From contig CBFHXB010000007.1 in assembly GCA_965659685.1 (NCBI GenBank), positions 29,314 to 93,313 of the forward strand: a stretch of DNA of 64,000 bases. The letters run 5' to 3'. This document shows positions 17,431 to 26,783 of this stretch, piece after piece. The notes under the pieces are model-generated. The model was not told the DNA's origin. It saw nothing but the letters and a program-made list of their open reading frames with translations, and did no database searches. The first letter of the stretch is position 1, and each line of letters opens with the position of its first letter. The stretch comes from Candidatus Poseidoniaceae archaeon. GTDB taxonomy: Archaea; Thermoplasmatota; Poseidoniia; Poseidoniales; Poseidoniaceae. The position numbers and the translations under genes were made by a program.

Positions 17431-19824
17431 TCACCTATCAAGACGTCGCTGACTCAACAACCGTTGCAGAGGGCCTGTTTCTTGACCTAAACCGACGAAC
17501 GTCGGCCATGTGTGGGGTGGTTTCAGAAGCCAACAGGCCTCTGGATGGGTTCGCCCGACGGGCGTCGGGCGCCCTTCCTGTTCGGCGATGGCGGCCTCAA
17601 CCACGTCGAACAACGCAGCAGTGTGTGGATTTTCCTCGATGAGATGGACGTCGGAAAGGTCCCTGTTCTGAAAGGTCAACTTTGGTTCGGGCGGAGCAAT
17701 TCCCGGCGGCCCTCCTCCGTCCATCTCAGTGGCGACCATGGGCCACATCAGTTCACATTCTGCCAACCATCGACGTCCTCGGGCCGAAGCGAGCAGGTTC
17801 GGGAGCCATTCAGGCAACCATGGCGCCCACCAGCGCCATGGAAGGTTCTCGCAACGGTGGATGATCGTGTCCACGTTTGGGGGCACTTCAGGAGCGCTGA
17901 CCCACGCGTGCCATGTGGCCAAAGCCTCGTTGTGTGCATCCGTTGTGAACGGCAGCGACTGGACCCTCGTCCACAGTTTTGGCAGCAGGAAGGCAAAATG
18001 AAGCGGGTCTCCCATCCATGCGGCGACGTCGAGGTCGTCGGCCTCTTCGTCGCCGCGAAGGATGAGCAAGCGAGCGCTGCTGGCCACCGAGCGCGGTGGT
18101 GAATCCGTGTCACGAACGCGAAGCTGCGGCTGGTGTTCGTAACGCCGAGCCAGTTCAAGCGCGTAGGTCTCCCGCTCGTGATGTGTCGCCCGCCATGCCT
18201 CGTCACGAAGCCAAGCGTCAGCGGCCATCGTTGAGGCATGCAGACCAACCCATTCGTCGGGAATGCGTGGACCAATCCTTCGCCACCGTCGTCCTCGTTC
18301 TTCGGGGGAGGAAGCGATCCAAGCCGCCAGCGGGTGTTCGTGTTCCAGATCATCGGCAAGGTCGTCGTTGCCCTCGGGCCACGCGGCCAAGGCCCTTCGC
18401 AGTTCCCGCTCTGCCCGTGGGGCCTTCCGCTCCCCTTCTCGGGCCACATCATTCGACGTTGTGCCGGTCGTCAATTCCGCTGCCGAGCGAGGGAGGGCGA
18501 GGTTCCAGAGGGTGGCCTTGACGGGTTGTTGCCGGTCTTGTGCGAGGCGAAGCCGTGTTACTTCGTTGAGGTGAACCCATCGTTCGTCGTCGCTTTCCGT
18601 CAACCACGTCCCTTGCTTGTGTTCGCGCAAGCGTGCATCGCCGGCGACCAACAACTGACATCGCCCGTCGCCGATCACCCGCCTGAGGAGTTTGGCATGC
18701 TTTGCTCCGAGGGTCCATTCGCCTTGGACGGCGTCTGAAGCGTGTTCAAGGGCCCATTCCCAGATGGCTCGGGCGCCTTCGGCATTGGTTCGCGCCAGTT
18801 CGTGGAAGGACGTGTCATGCTTGACCCAAGTCGTCGGACCAAACGCAGCCAAGGCCGCATGCGCCACTTCGCTTGGGCGCCCTCGGCGGTTCCCCCGTAG
18901 CCGGTCGAGCACGCGCTGCGTGCGGCGGTTCAATTCGCCCTCGGTCAGGCGTGGGTGGCGGTGGCGCATCCACGTGCGGAGCAGTGATTCGGGTCGTTCG
19001 GCGATCGGGTTTGGACGCGAGGACCTGAGCACCGTCAGTCCTCGTTGCTCCAAGAGGAGGACCTCACGTCTCCACGCCTCACCGACCTGCCCAAGGATCG
19101 GGGTTGACGGCCGGCATGGGACTTCTGTGCCTCGGATGTTGCCGAGGTTGATGGTGCTTCGATCCAAGGCAGCAGGCGGTGTTTCGTTGGGCGCTTCTGC
19201 TTCGAACCAGGTGCCAGGTGGCATCGTCCAGCGGTCCTGCCCGCTCATCACACGAGCTCGCACCAAGGCCAATTTGCGACCGCCTTGGGTCCACGACCGG
19301 ATGTCGCCCAAGGACGCTTCAGCGGGTGGAGGGTCACAGGGTTCGAGGGTGTCCAAATCAAACCATTGAGGAGGGCTCCTCACCGCACACCAGGCTCCCC
19401 CCCGGTTGTTTCCACTGGAGGAAAGAAGGGGTGCACCTTCCACCCCTAACCTCCTCGGTGGGAGCCAGAGGAGGTCGGAAGGTACGGTTTCCCCGTAAGC
19501 AAGCACCACCAATGGCCCATCCCTGGTCAGCAGAACGTTCGTGCCCTCCGTTCTCGGTTCCTTGGTCGCTTCCCTGAGGCGTTGGAGTGCGTCCTCTTGG
19601 AGGCGAAGAAGGCCTTGAGGGCTCAAGTGATGGGGTGCGCCACGCACCCCTTCGCGCTCATCCCGAGTCACCAAACCTTGCAAACGGAGGGTGCGCAGGG
19701 TGGACGACGTGTGCGAGGTGGCCAAACTCAGCCGTTCTGCGAGAGCGGACACCGTGGCGGGCCCGTCGAGCAGTTCGTCGAGGATCCGGCGTTGGTAGCC
19801 GCTGCGGATTCTCGACGTGGCCAT
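17431..19824 (-). CDS. Large (797 aa) Arg/Trp-rich protein with N-terminal winged-helix HTH (ArsR/MarR-like); function unknown
   Basis: N-terminus YQRRILDELLDGPATVSALAERLSLATSHTSSTLRTLRLQGLVTR is a wHTH; the rest has no recognisable catalytic motifs. Confidence 0.55.
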   Translation of the reverse strand: MATSRIRSGYQRRILDELLDGPATVSALAERLSLATSHTSSTLRTLRLQGLVTRDEREGVRGAPHHLSPQGLLRLQEDALQRLREATKEPRTEGTNVLLTRDGPLVVLAYGETVPSDLLWLPPRRLGVEGAPLLSSSGNNRGGAWCAVRSPPQWFDLDTLEPCDPPPAEASLGDIRSWTQGGRKLALVRARVMSGQDRWTMPPGTWFEAEAPNETPPAALDRSTINLGNIRGTEVPCRPSTPILGQVGEAWRREVLLLEQRGLTVLRSSRPNPIAERPESLLRTWMRHRHPRLTEGELNRRTQRVLDRLRGNRRGRPSEVAHAALAAFGPTTWVKHDTSFHELARTNAEGARAIWEWALEHASDAVQGEWTLGAKHAKLLRRVIGDGRCQLLVAGDARLREHKQGTWLTESDDERWVHLNEVTRLRLAQDRQQPVKATLWNLALPRSAAELTTGTTSNDVAREGERKAPRAERELRRALAAWPEGNDDLADDLEHEHPLAAWIASSPEERGRRWRRIGPRIPDEWVGLHASTMAADAWLRDEAWRATHHERETYALELARRYEHQPQLRVRDTDSPPRSVASSARLLILRGDEEADDLDVAAWMGDPLHFAFLLPKLWTRVQSLPFTTDAHNEALATWHAWVSAPEVPPNVDTIIHRCENLPWRWWAPWLPEWLPNLLASARGRRWLAECELMWPMVATEMDGGGPPGIAPPEPKLTFQNRDLSDVHLIEENPHTAALFDVVEAAIAEQEGRPTPVGRTHPEACWLLKPPHTWPTFVGLGQETGPLQRLLSQRRLDR

Positions 19825-20081
19825 GTGTCTCTCTCAACACGTCCGAATGTGATTGATTTTATGAAGGGCGCGTTTAGAATCGTCAATCGTTACAAATTGT
19901 TACACATTTCCATTGGAAAACGTGATTGATGCCCCAAGGGTGCCCCGTTTTCCTTGCATTTGACGCATTGAATGCGTAGTTCCGTGTAACAATGGAACCG
20001 TTTCAGTCGCTAATATGATATAGGCGTCCGCGTCCCTGTGAATCATGGCCTCGGATGACCGGGGCCGAGGAGACTGAGAGC
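19825..20081. promoter_or_regulatory. AT-rich divergent intergenic region with multiple palindromes/half-sites and TATA-like boxes for both flanking genes
   Basis: Palindrome ACGCATT-G-AATGCGT (19963-19977). GTTACA direct repeats (19889-19904) with inverted TGTAAC (19986-19991). TTGTTACAC (19897-19905) / GTGTAACAA (19984-19992). GAAAACG / CGTTTC pair. taatatgatata (20011-20022) precedes the + gene; ttttat (19857-19862) precedes the - gene. Confidence 0.5.
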
Positions 20082-20402
20082 ATGAAGACCGTCCGCATCC
20101 GAGAGAAGATCAAGAAATTCCTGGGCGACCGCCCCCGCAACACCGCAGAGATCCTCGAACACATCAACAGCACCATGCGCCACGGCACCACGAGCCAGCA
20201 GCTCGGGAACGTGCTCTCCAAGGACAAGGACATCGTCAAGGTCGGATACATCAAGCGCTCTGGAATCCTCTCCGGTGGCTACGACATTTGCGAATGGGCC
20301 ACCCGAACCTGGGTTGCTGACCACTGCCCTGAATGGACGGAAGGGCAACCGATCATCCTGAACGAAGAGGGTGATTTCACCCTCGGTCCACGCCCTGAGT
20401 GA
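20082..20402 (+). CDS. Small hypothetical protein (possible wHTH DNA-binding)
   Basis: Start MKTVRIREKIKKF (20082). NTAEILEHINS…GTTSQQLGNVLSKDKDIVKVGY resembles a small winged-helix domain. Confidence 0.4.
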   Translation: MKTVRIREKIKKFLGDRPRNTAEILEHINSTMRHGTTSQQLGNVLSKDKDIVKVGYIKRSGILSGGYDICEWATRTWVADHCPEWTEGQPIILNEEGDFTLGPRPE

Positions 20403-20660
20403 TGCCTCACCTGTGTCCTCATTGAACCACGGCCCCGGCCGTGACACCGAAGCCCTCCAATTCGGCGAACGTCAAATCACGTGACCAATTTGGTCAAGTG
20501 TGCCTCCTCTCTGTTCGCGTTGTGAACGGCAGTTGGGCTGTACGAGCGTTGGTGCTCCTCTCCCTTGCCTGTTTGGCGGTTGGCTCCTACGATCAACTGA
20601 CGCCGCTCCACGCAAAATGTGGTTGCTGACGTGCAGCCTTGCAAAGAAACAACGGCGAAA

Positions 20661-21590
20661 TCAGCCTTGGTAGACGGCCAATGCATCCTCGACCGAGGCG
20701 TCCTCACAGATGATGGCATGGCATGCAGCGGCCATTCGAACCGCTTCTTCGGTGCCCTTCTGGTGGATGTTTCGGCCCGTGGCGGCGCCGCGGCACCCCG
20801 AGACGTGAATCTGATCGTGCAAGCGTTGGAGGAACTCCTTGGGTGGCATGGTTCCACCACCGGAGCAAATGATGCCGGTACGGCCGGCGGCTTCAACGGC
20901 GATGCCGAGGCTCTCAGGTTGCGTCATGCCTTCGAAGGCACGGGGGTAGTTGACCTTGGCAAAGTCTGCACCGATGCAAGCCGCGACACCGGCTGCTCCG
21001 GCAATCAATTGAGGGTCTTTCTCGTCCTTGACGGCTTGACCGCGCGGGTACATCCAGACCACGGCGATCATGCCAAGTTCGTGCGCTTGGCGGATGAACG
21101 TCGCCGCTTCGGTCAGCATTTCGTGTTCATGTTCGCTGCCCAAATAGACCGTGTATCCGATGCCGACCACGTTGATGCCGTTGTGAACCAAGGACATCAC
21201 GTCGTCCATGTCCCACATGGCCATGCTCACAGGATCGCGCTGTGCGGTCTTGACGAGGTTCGTCTTCGAATTCAGCTTGACAAGGTAAGGCAGGTCGGGT
21301 GCATCACGTGCGTATTGCGAGATGAGCCCGAGTTGACCAGCGATCACGCCCAGGGTGCCGTCGGCGTAGGAGAGGTCTCCGATTTCGAACAGATGGGCCG
21401 GGTCGTTTGAGGAAAGGGGGATGTCCGCTCCACCGTCGTAGAAATCGTCGTTCAGGTGCTCGATTTTTTGATCGCAGGCGAAGAGGTTCATGAAACCGGT
21501 TCCTGCGGTGGCGTTGAGGTAGTTCTCGATGTACGTCTCGATGAGTTCGTCGGGCACGTCGGCCGGCACCATCACATCGTTGGGGTCCAT
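20661..21590 (-). CDS. Class I fructose-bisphosphate aldolase / DhnA-family (archaeal type) aldolase
   Basis: TIM-barrel aldolase with Schiff-base lysine region (ADFAKVNYP) and G-rich phosphate-binding ICSGGGT. Confidence 0.7.
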   Translation of the reverse strand: MDPNDVMVPADVPDELIETYIENYLNATAGTGFMNLFACDQKIEHLNDDFYDGGADIPLSSNDPAHLFEIGDLSYADGTLGVIAGQLGLISQYARDAPDLPYLVKLNSKTNLVKTAQRDPVSMAMWDMDDVMSLVHNGINVVGIGYTVYLGSEHEHEMLTEAATFIRQAHELGMIAVVWMYPRGQAVKDEKDPQLIAGAAGVAACIGADFAKVNYPRAFEGMTQPESLGIAVEAAGRTGIICSGGGTMPPKEFLQRLHDQIHVSGCRGAATGRNIHQKGTEEAVRMAAACHAIICEDASVEDALAVYQG

Positions 21591-21734
21591 GATGCTGGCT
21601 GGCCGTGACGGGACTTCAACGCTCCGTTGGCTTTGGTTCTGCACGATGACCCGTCGTCGGAATCAGTCCGCAACACGGCATGGCCGTAGGGTGCCGTTTC
21701 GCCCGACTTTGCGGGCGGGTGCCGGAAGGCAGGT

Positions 21735-22601
21735 TCACTGTCCGGTGAAGGAGGGGATTCGCTTCTCCACATATGCGGCGATGCCTTCCTTGGCGTCGTC
21801 GCTGAAGAAGAGGGCTGCCTGCAGTTCACGCTCGAGCGCAAGGTGGTACTCGAAGGGGATCTCGGGTCCGGTCTGGCAGGAGCGCTTGATGTTGCCCACG
21901 GCCTTGGCGGCCTTGTTGGGGAGGGTGAATTGGGCGCTGACCCAGTCGAGCATCATCTCTCGGAATTCGGTCGCGTTTCCTTCCCAAATTTGGTTGATCA
22001 GGGTGTGGTTCTTGGCGTCCTCGAAGGACATCAGTTCACCGGTCACCATCATCTCAAGGGCCTTGGCCTTGCCGATGAGGCGGGTCAGACGAGCGGTGCC
22101 ACCGGTCCCTGCGAGCACGCCGAGGTTGATCTCAGGCAGGCCGAGCTTTCCGCTGTTCTTTCGAGCGATCCGGATGTCTGCGGCCATGGCGATTTCGAGA
22201 CCGCCACCGACCGCGTGGCCGTTGATGGCCGCGATGACGATCTTTGGGGTCTGCTCGAGGCGAGACAGGGTCTCGTTGGCGTGAAGGCAGAAGTTGTACT
22301 TGAAGCCGGGCGAGACGCTGTTCAGCATCTTGATGGAAGCACCTGCGGAGAAGAATTTCTCACCGGAACCGGTGATGACGATGGCCGTCACCTTGTCGTC
22401 GAAACGGGCGCGGATGATGGCGTCGTCAAAATCACGGAACATGCCGTGGGTGTAGGTGTTCACCGCGGTCGCGTCGCCCTGCAAGGGCTCGCCACCGGAG
22501 TCGGAGGCGAGTTCGATGACGGCAATGCCGTTGTCGGTGGTCCCGTAGTTGACGAGGTTGTTGGGCATCGCTTCGAAGGTCAGGCCGTAGAGGTCGGACA
22601 T
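21735..22601 (-). CDS. Enoyl-CoA hydratase/isomerase
   Basis: Crotonase motifs ITGSGEKFFSAGASI and AAINGHAVGGGLEIAMAADIRIA. Confidence 0.8.
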   Translation of the reverse strand: MSDLYGLTFEAMPNNLVNYGTTDNGIAVIELASDSGGEPLQGDATAVNTYTHGMFRDFDDAIIRARFDDKVTAIVITGSGEKFFSAGASIKMLNSVSPGFKYNFCLHANETLSRLEQTPKIVIAAINGHAVGGGLEIAMAADIRIARKNSGKLGLPEINLGVLAGTGGTARLTRLIGKAKALEMMVTGELMSFEDAKNHTLINQIWEGNATEFREMMLDWVSAQFTLPNKAAKAVGNIKRSCQTGPEIPFEYHLALERELQAALFFSDDAKEGIAAYVEKRIPSFTGQ

Positions 22602-22644
22602 GACCCGCCCAATGGAAGAGCGGTAATGAAGCAATCGCAGCGGC

Positions 22645-23907
22645 TCAAACCAGCGTCGCCTCCGTCTCGTGGGCCTCTCCGTCCCTGCTTTCGAAGGAGG
22701 TCTGGCCCCCTCCTCGTCGTGCGGCTTCCCAACGGGCCTTTACGGCAAGTGCCTCCTCGCTTTGTTCCCACGTGTCGCGGGCTTTAGCAGCCCGGAAAGG
22801 CAGGCGCTTTGGGCGCGTGAGACCCTGCCCACGTTCCAGCATGAAAGGGGAGGTCAGTGCGAAAACAAGACGCTTGATCAAACTCGGACGGAACAAACGG
22901 CCGATCCAACGCAAGCCGTCGCCAGAGCGGTCCTGATCGCGCATCCATTGCTTGCACATGCGCTTGAAGGTCCGATCTCCAACCCGATTCATCAGCCAGC
23001 GGTTGGCGACGCTGGTTTGCACGTAAGGAAGGAGGTGGCGCCGCACTTCCTTCTCGTAGGAAGGGCCGCCCAGCATGTCTTGGGCAGCCAACACCCCGGA
23101 CCAGACCGCCATGCGCATGCCGAAGCCCCACATGAAATCCTGAAGGCCACCGGATTCACCGACGAAGTGTTGTCCGGTTTCCGGCACCGTGTAATGCCCG
23201 TTCAGGGTGAAATCGCCTTTCCCTCCAACCCGCTTGATGGGCTCCATGTCGATGTCTGGGTAGAGGCGTTGGTACGTGGCGATGCACTCGTTTAGGAAGC
23301 GTTCACTCTTCTTTTGCTTGCGCCACAGGCAAGTGCAGATGAGGCCGATGCCATCGATGATGATCAGGTAACTGTACGCCCCAGGTGCGAGCTTGTCGTT
23401 GAGTTGGAAGGCGATGTGGTCCGGGTGAGAGGTGCGGAAGATCTCGCCAAGTGCAAGGGCAGAGGTGTCCTTCGGACCGCAGGCCACGATGTCCGCGTCC
23501 TTCTCGTCGATGCGTGATTTGTAGTGCAAAGTTGCACCTGCTTCAATGGCCATCCGCTTGAAGGCTTGATCGATGGTATGGTCTGAGGTTCCACGCTCAA
23601 CGATGCGGTAGGCCACGCCGTCCGTCTTTGCCTGGGTCACCTCATCGTCTGGATGGATGAGGTCCACCACCGAGAACTCGGTCGCACGGAAGGCGGTTGA
23701 ATCGAAGCCCCACGATTCCAATTGTTCGAAGAAATCCTCGTCCATGCTCCAGTTTTCCAAGGCCTGAAAATCACCGTCAAAGCGGGCACCTGAATCCGCA
23801 CGAATGTCATGGACGTGAACTTCACGCCCGGCACGCGCCAGCAATGTGGCGGCGGCGAGCCCAGAAAGCCCGGCGCCCATCACGGTGACCGGGGGCGGAC
23901 CGTCCAT
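22645..23907 (-). CDS. FAD-dependent oxidoreductase (geranylgeranyl-reductase-like / FAD-binding monooxygenase fold)
   Basis: GxGxxG dinucleotide-binding motif VTVMGAGLSGLAAATLLARAG at N-terminus. Confidence 0.55.
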   Translation of the reverse strand: MDGPPPVTVMGAGLSGLAAATLLARAGREVHVHDIRADSGARFDGDFQALENWSMDEDFFEQLESWGFDSTAFRATEFSVVDLIHPDDEVTQAKTDGVAYRIVERGTSDHTIDQAFKRMAIEAGATLHYKSRIDEKDADIVACGPKDTSALALGEIFRTSHPDHIAFQLNDKLAPGAYSYLIIIDGIGLICTCLWRKQKKSERFLNECIATYQRLYPDIDMEPIKRVGGKGDFTLNGHYTVPETGQHFVGESGGLQDFMWGFGMRMAVWSGVLAAQDMLGGPSYEKEVRRHLLPYVQTSVANRWLMNRVGDRTFKRMCKQWMRDQDRSGDGLRWIGRLFRPSLIKRLVFALTSPFMLERGQGLTRPKRLPFRAAKARDTWEQSEEALAVKARWEAARRGGGQTSFESRDGEAHETEATLV

Positions 23908-23959
23908 GGTTGGACAACGGCGCGGAGGGTTTGAAGGATGCGCTGTGTGAGCATCGCTC

Positions 23960-24400
23960 ATGCCCACGGCCCCCTCCTCCTTCGAGGTGATTGTGGACAC
24001 GCCCGCTACGCGGCTGAACCCTGACGCGCTCCTGCAACGCCTCCCCGTGGACGGGGTGGGGGCCGTGGTCCGTTTCGTGGGGCTTACGCGAGGGAAAGAG
24101 GGCGATTCAAACGTGCTTCGGCTCGAATTTGATGCCTGGCAGGAAGAACTTCCGAAGGTTCTGCACGCGTTGGCTTCCCAAGCCGCAGAGACCTACGGCC
24201 TTCGGGCGGTGGTCATCGCGCACCGGACTGGGAGCGTGGAACCGGAGGAGCCGATCGTGGCCATCCACGTGGGTTCCGCCCACCGTGCAGCGGCGTTCGA
24301 TGCCTGCCGCTGGCTCATCGATGAACTCAAGCAGCAGGCCCCCCTGTGGAAGAAGGAGGTGACGGATCATGGAGCCACATGGAAAGCAGGACTCGGTTGA
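23960..24400 (+). CDS. moaE: Molybdopterin synthase catalytic subunit MoaE
   Basis: Conserved …RFVG…, …HRTG…, SAHRAAAFDAC…APLWKKE pattern. Confidence 0.75.
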   Translation: MPTAPSSFEVIVDTPATRLNPDALLQRLPVDGVGAVVRFVGLTRGKEGDSNVLRLEFDAWQEELPKVLHALASQAAETYGLRAVVIAHRTGSVEPEEPIVAIHVGSAHRAAAFDACRWLIDELKQQAPLWKKEVTDHGATWKAGLG

Positions 24401-24842
24401 GATTGAGGGCATCGTGGACATTGGACGGAAGCCCGCAGTGGCACGTCGTGCGGTGGCCGAAGGTTGGGTCACGCTTCGTCCGGAAACCCTGCTGGCCATC
24501 GTCCAGGGTCACGTGGCCAAGGGCGACGTTCGAGAGGCTTCGACGATCGCAGCCATTCAGGCCGTGAAAGAGACGCCACGGTTGATTCCACATTGCCATC
24601 CCGTCCCGATTGAATCGTGCAAAGTTCGTTGGCACGTGCAAAAAGATCGGCTGGGCTGTGAAGTCGAAGTCGGAGCGCACTATCGAACCGGCATCGAGAT
24701 GGAGGCCTTGGCGGGCGTGAGCGCCGGTTTGCTGTGTGCGTTCGACATGGTGAAATCGCTGGAAAAAGACGAACATGGTCAGTACCCCGTTGCACGAATC
24801 GACGGCCTTCGTGTCCTTGAGAAGCACAAGGGCACGGCGTGA
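24369..24842 (+). CDS. moaC: Cyclic pyranopterin monophosphate synthase MoaC
   Basis: MoaC fold motifs (…IPHCHPVPIE…, GIEMEALAGVSAGLL). Overlaps moaE by 32 nt. Confidence 0.8.
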   Translation: MEPHGKQDSVEIEGIVDIGRKPAVARRAVAEGWVTLRPETLLAIVQGHVAKGDVREASTIAAIQAVKETPRLIPHCHPVPIESCKVRWHVQKDRLGCEVEVGAHYRTGIEMEALAGVSAGLLCAFDMVKSLEKDEHGQYPVARIDGLRVLEKHKGTA

Positions 24843-24888
24843 AATCCCCTCCGGTGTGTTCATCACCCGCCCTTCTTTGTCGGGGTCC

Positions 24889-25839
24889 ATGCGCGTCGGC
24901 GACGTCTGGCCCCACCTCCTCGAAGCCGTGGACATGGCCGCCTTGGCCAGCGCTGAATGGCGAGGCCTTGGCGACAAGGACGCCGCAGACGGGGCTGCCG
25001 TTGAAGCGATGCGCCGCTCTTTTGATCACGCTCCCTTCGACGGCCGTGTGGCCATCGGCGAGGGTGAACGTGACGACGCGCCCATGCTCTACATCGGAGA
25101 ACCCATTGGGGCCGAAGTCGGCAAGGCAGGAGCGCTCCAACTTGACATCGCCGTCGATCCGCTTGAGTGCACCAACAACTGTGCCGATAACCTGCCGAAT
25201 TCCATCGCCGTGCTCGCTGCTGCGCCTCGAGGGGCGCTCTTGCACGCCCCCGATTGTTACATGGACAAAATCGCGGCAGGACCCGCGCTTGCGGGTCATG
25301 TTGACCTTGATGGAGGCGTGGCGTGGAACCTTGAACAAGCCGCCCATGCCCTCGACCGAGAGGTCGCCGAGGTTCGCGTGGTTGCCCTCGACCGAGAGCG
25401 GCATGCCGACCTCGTCCGCGACGTGCGGGCAGCCGGTGCGCAACTCGAATTGATGTCCGACGGTGACGTCAGTGCCGCCATTTGGGCGGCACGCGACGAT
25501 GGCCCCTTCGACCTGCTCATGGGCATTGGGGCAGCCCCTGAAGGCGTCATCACGGCCGCCGCCATCCGCGGCCTTGGCGGTGTGTTCCAAGGCCGACTTG
25601 TGCTCCGGAACGACGAGGAGGCGGCCCGGGCCGCGACGATGGTCGGTGACGACCTGGACCGTCGCTGGGAGGCCGAGGACCTTTGCAGGTCCAAGGATGC
25701 GGTGTTCATCGCGGCAGGAGTCTGCGACGGCTACCTTCCCGGTGTGGTGATGGACGAACACCGAACCGTGACCAGCAGCGAAATCATCGACGTCGCTTCC
25801 GGTACCCGTCGGTCCATCGTGACCGAGCGTCGCCGGTGA
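24889..25839 (+). CDS. glpX: Fructose-1,6-bisphosphatase class II (GlpX)
   Basis: GlpX-like N-terminus (LEAVDMAALASAEWRGLGDKDAADGAAVEAM) and metal-binding regions; ATG at 24889 verified. Confidence 0.75.
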   Translation: MRVGDVWPHLLEAVDMAALASAEWRGLGDKDAADGAAVEAMRRSFDHAPFDGRVAIGEGERDDAPMLYIGEPIGAEVGKAGALQLDIAVDPLECTNNCADNLPNSIAVLAAAPRGALLHAPDCYMDKIAAGPALAGHVDLDGGVAWNLEQAAHALDREVAEVRVVALDRERHADLVRDVRAAGAQLELMSDGDVSAAIWAARDDGPFDLLMGIGAAPEGVITAAAIRGLGGVFQGRLVLRNDEEAARAATMVGDDLDRRWEAEDLCRSKDAVFIAAGVCDGYLPGVVMDEHRTVTSSEIIDVASGTRRSIVTERRR

Positions 25840-25874
25840 CAAGGGTTCTTCATTCCGAAGTCGTGCCGAGGCAC

Positions 25875-26783
25875 ATGGACGTCGTTGTGGTCGGCAGCCT
25901 TGCTTACGATTCGATTCAAACACCTGCAGCCAAGGGTGAACGCCTGCTTGGTGGCTCTGCGACTTATGCAGGCCTCGCTTCCTCGGCATGCGACGCCTCA
26001 TGTGGCGTTGTGGGCGTCGTCGGTAACGACTTCCGTCCGGAAGATCGCGACCTCTTGGCCGAGAGCGGACTCGACCTTGCTGGGCTTGTCACGGCCGAGG
26101 GCAACACCTTCCATTGGGAGGGCGAGTACAGCGGTGCGATGGGTGAGGCGTCAACCCTGAACACCGAACTCAATGTCTTCGAAGCCTTCGACCCTGAGGT
26201 GCCCGAGGCATGGGTTTCGCCGAAGGTCCTCTTCTGCGCCAACCTTCACCCTGCGCTGCAAGCCAAAGTGCTGGACCAGTGTTCACCCACGCGCTTGCGC
26301 ATGCTCGATTCGATGAACCTCTGGATCGACATCGCCCGTCCTTTGCTGGACGACGTGCTTCAGCGCGTTGACGTCGTGGTCTTGAACGACGGAGAAGTGC
26401 GCATGCTCGCCGACGACGCGAACCTCGTTCGGGCGGCGCAGTGGCTTCACGGTCAACTGCAGCCTGGGGCCATCCTGATCGTCAAGCGAGGCGAGCACGG
26501 CGTGCTTGCCTTGCATCCGAGCGGGCTGCTCCATGTGCCCTCTGTGCCCTCACCGGGGCTTGTCGACCCGACGGGTTGCGGGGACAGCTTCGCAGGCACA
26601 TTGGCCGCTCACCTTTCGAAAGGTGAGGGCCCTGTGGGTCGAGAGGAACTGCGCACGGGCTTGGAACACGCGGCCGTGGTTGCGAGTTACACCCTGCAAG
26701 GTCTCGGCGTCACGGGTCTGGTGGCCATGGACCGCCAAGATCGCGAAGCACGCTTGCAGGTCCTTCGTGGCTTGACCCGCTGA
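25875..26783 (+). CDS. PfkB-family sugar/nucleoside kinase (ribokinase fold)
   Basis: N-terminal GG motif, C-terminal DPTGCGDSFAGTLAA anion-hole/catalytic Asp motif. Confidence 0.75.
   Translation: MDVVVVGSLAYDSIQTPAAKGERLLGGSATYAGLASSACDASCGVVGVVGNDFRPEDRDLLAESGLDLAGLVTAEGNTFHWEGEYSGAMGEASTLNTELNVFEAFDPEVPEAWVSPKVLFCANLHPALQAKVLDQCSPTRLRMLDSMNLWIDIARPLLDDVLQRVDVVVLNDGEVRMLADDANLVRAAQWLHGQLQPGAILIVKRGEHGVLALHPSGLLHVPSVPSPGLVDPTGCGDSFAGTLAAHLSKGEGPVGREELRTGLEHAAVVASYTLQGLGVTGLVAMDRQDREARLQVLRGLTR

Noticed and set aside
17218-17490. 90-aa + strand ORF in the PPAT/wHTH intergenic region
   Set aside because: Cys/Arg-rich with no features; overlaps the 3' end of the wHTH gene; likely spurious.
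24469-26001. 510-aa minus-strand ORF
   Set aside because: Antisense to the verified glpX and pfkB genes; low-complexity R/G/A-rich product.
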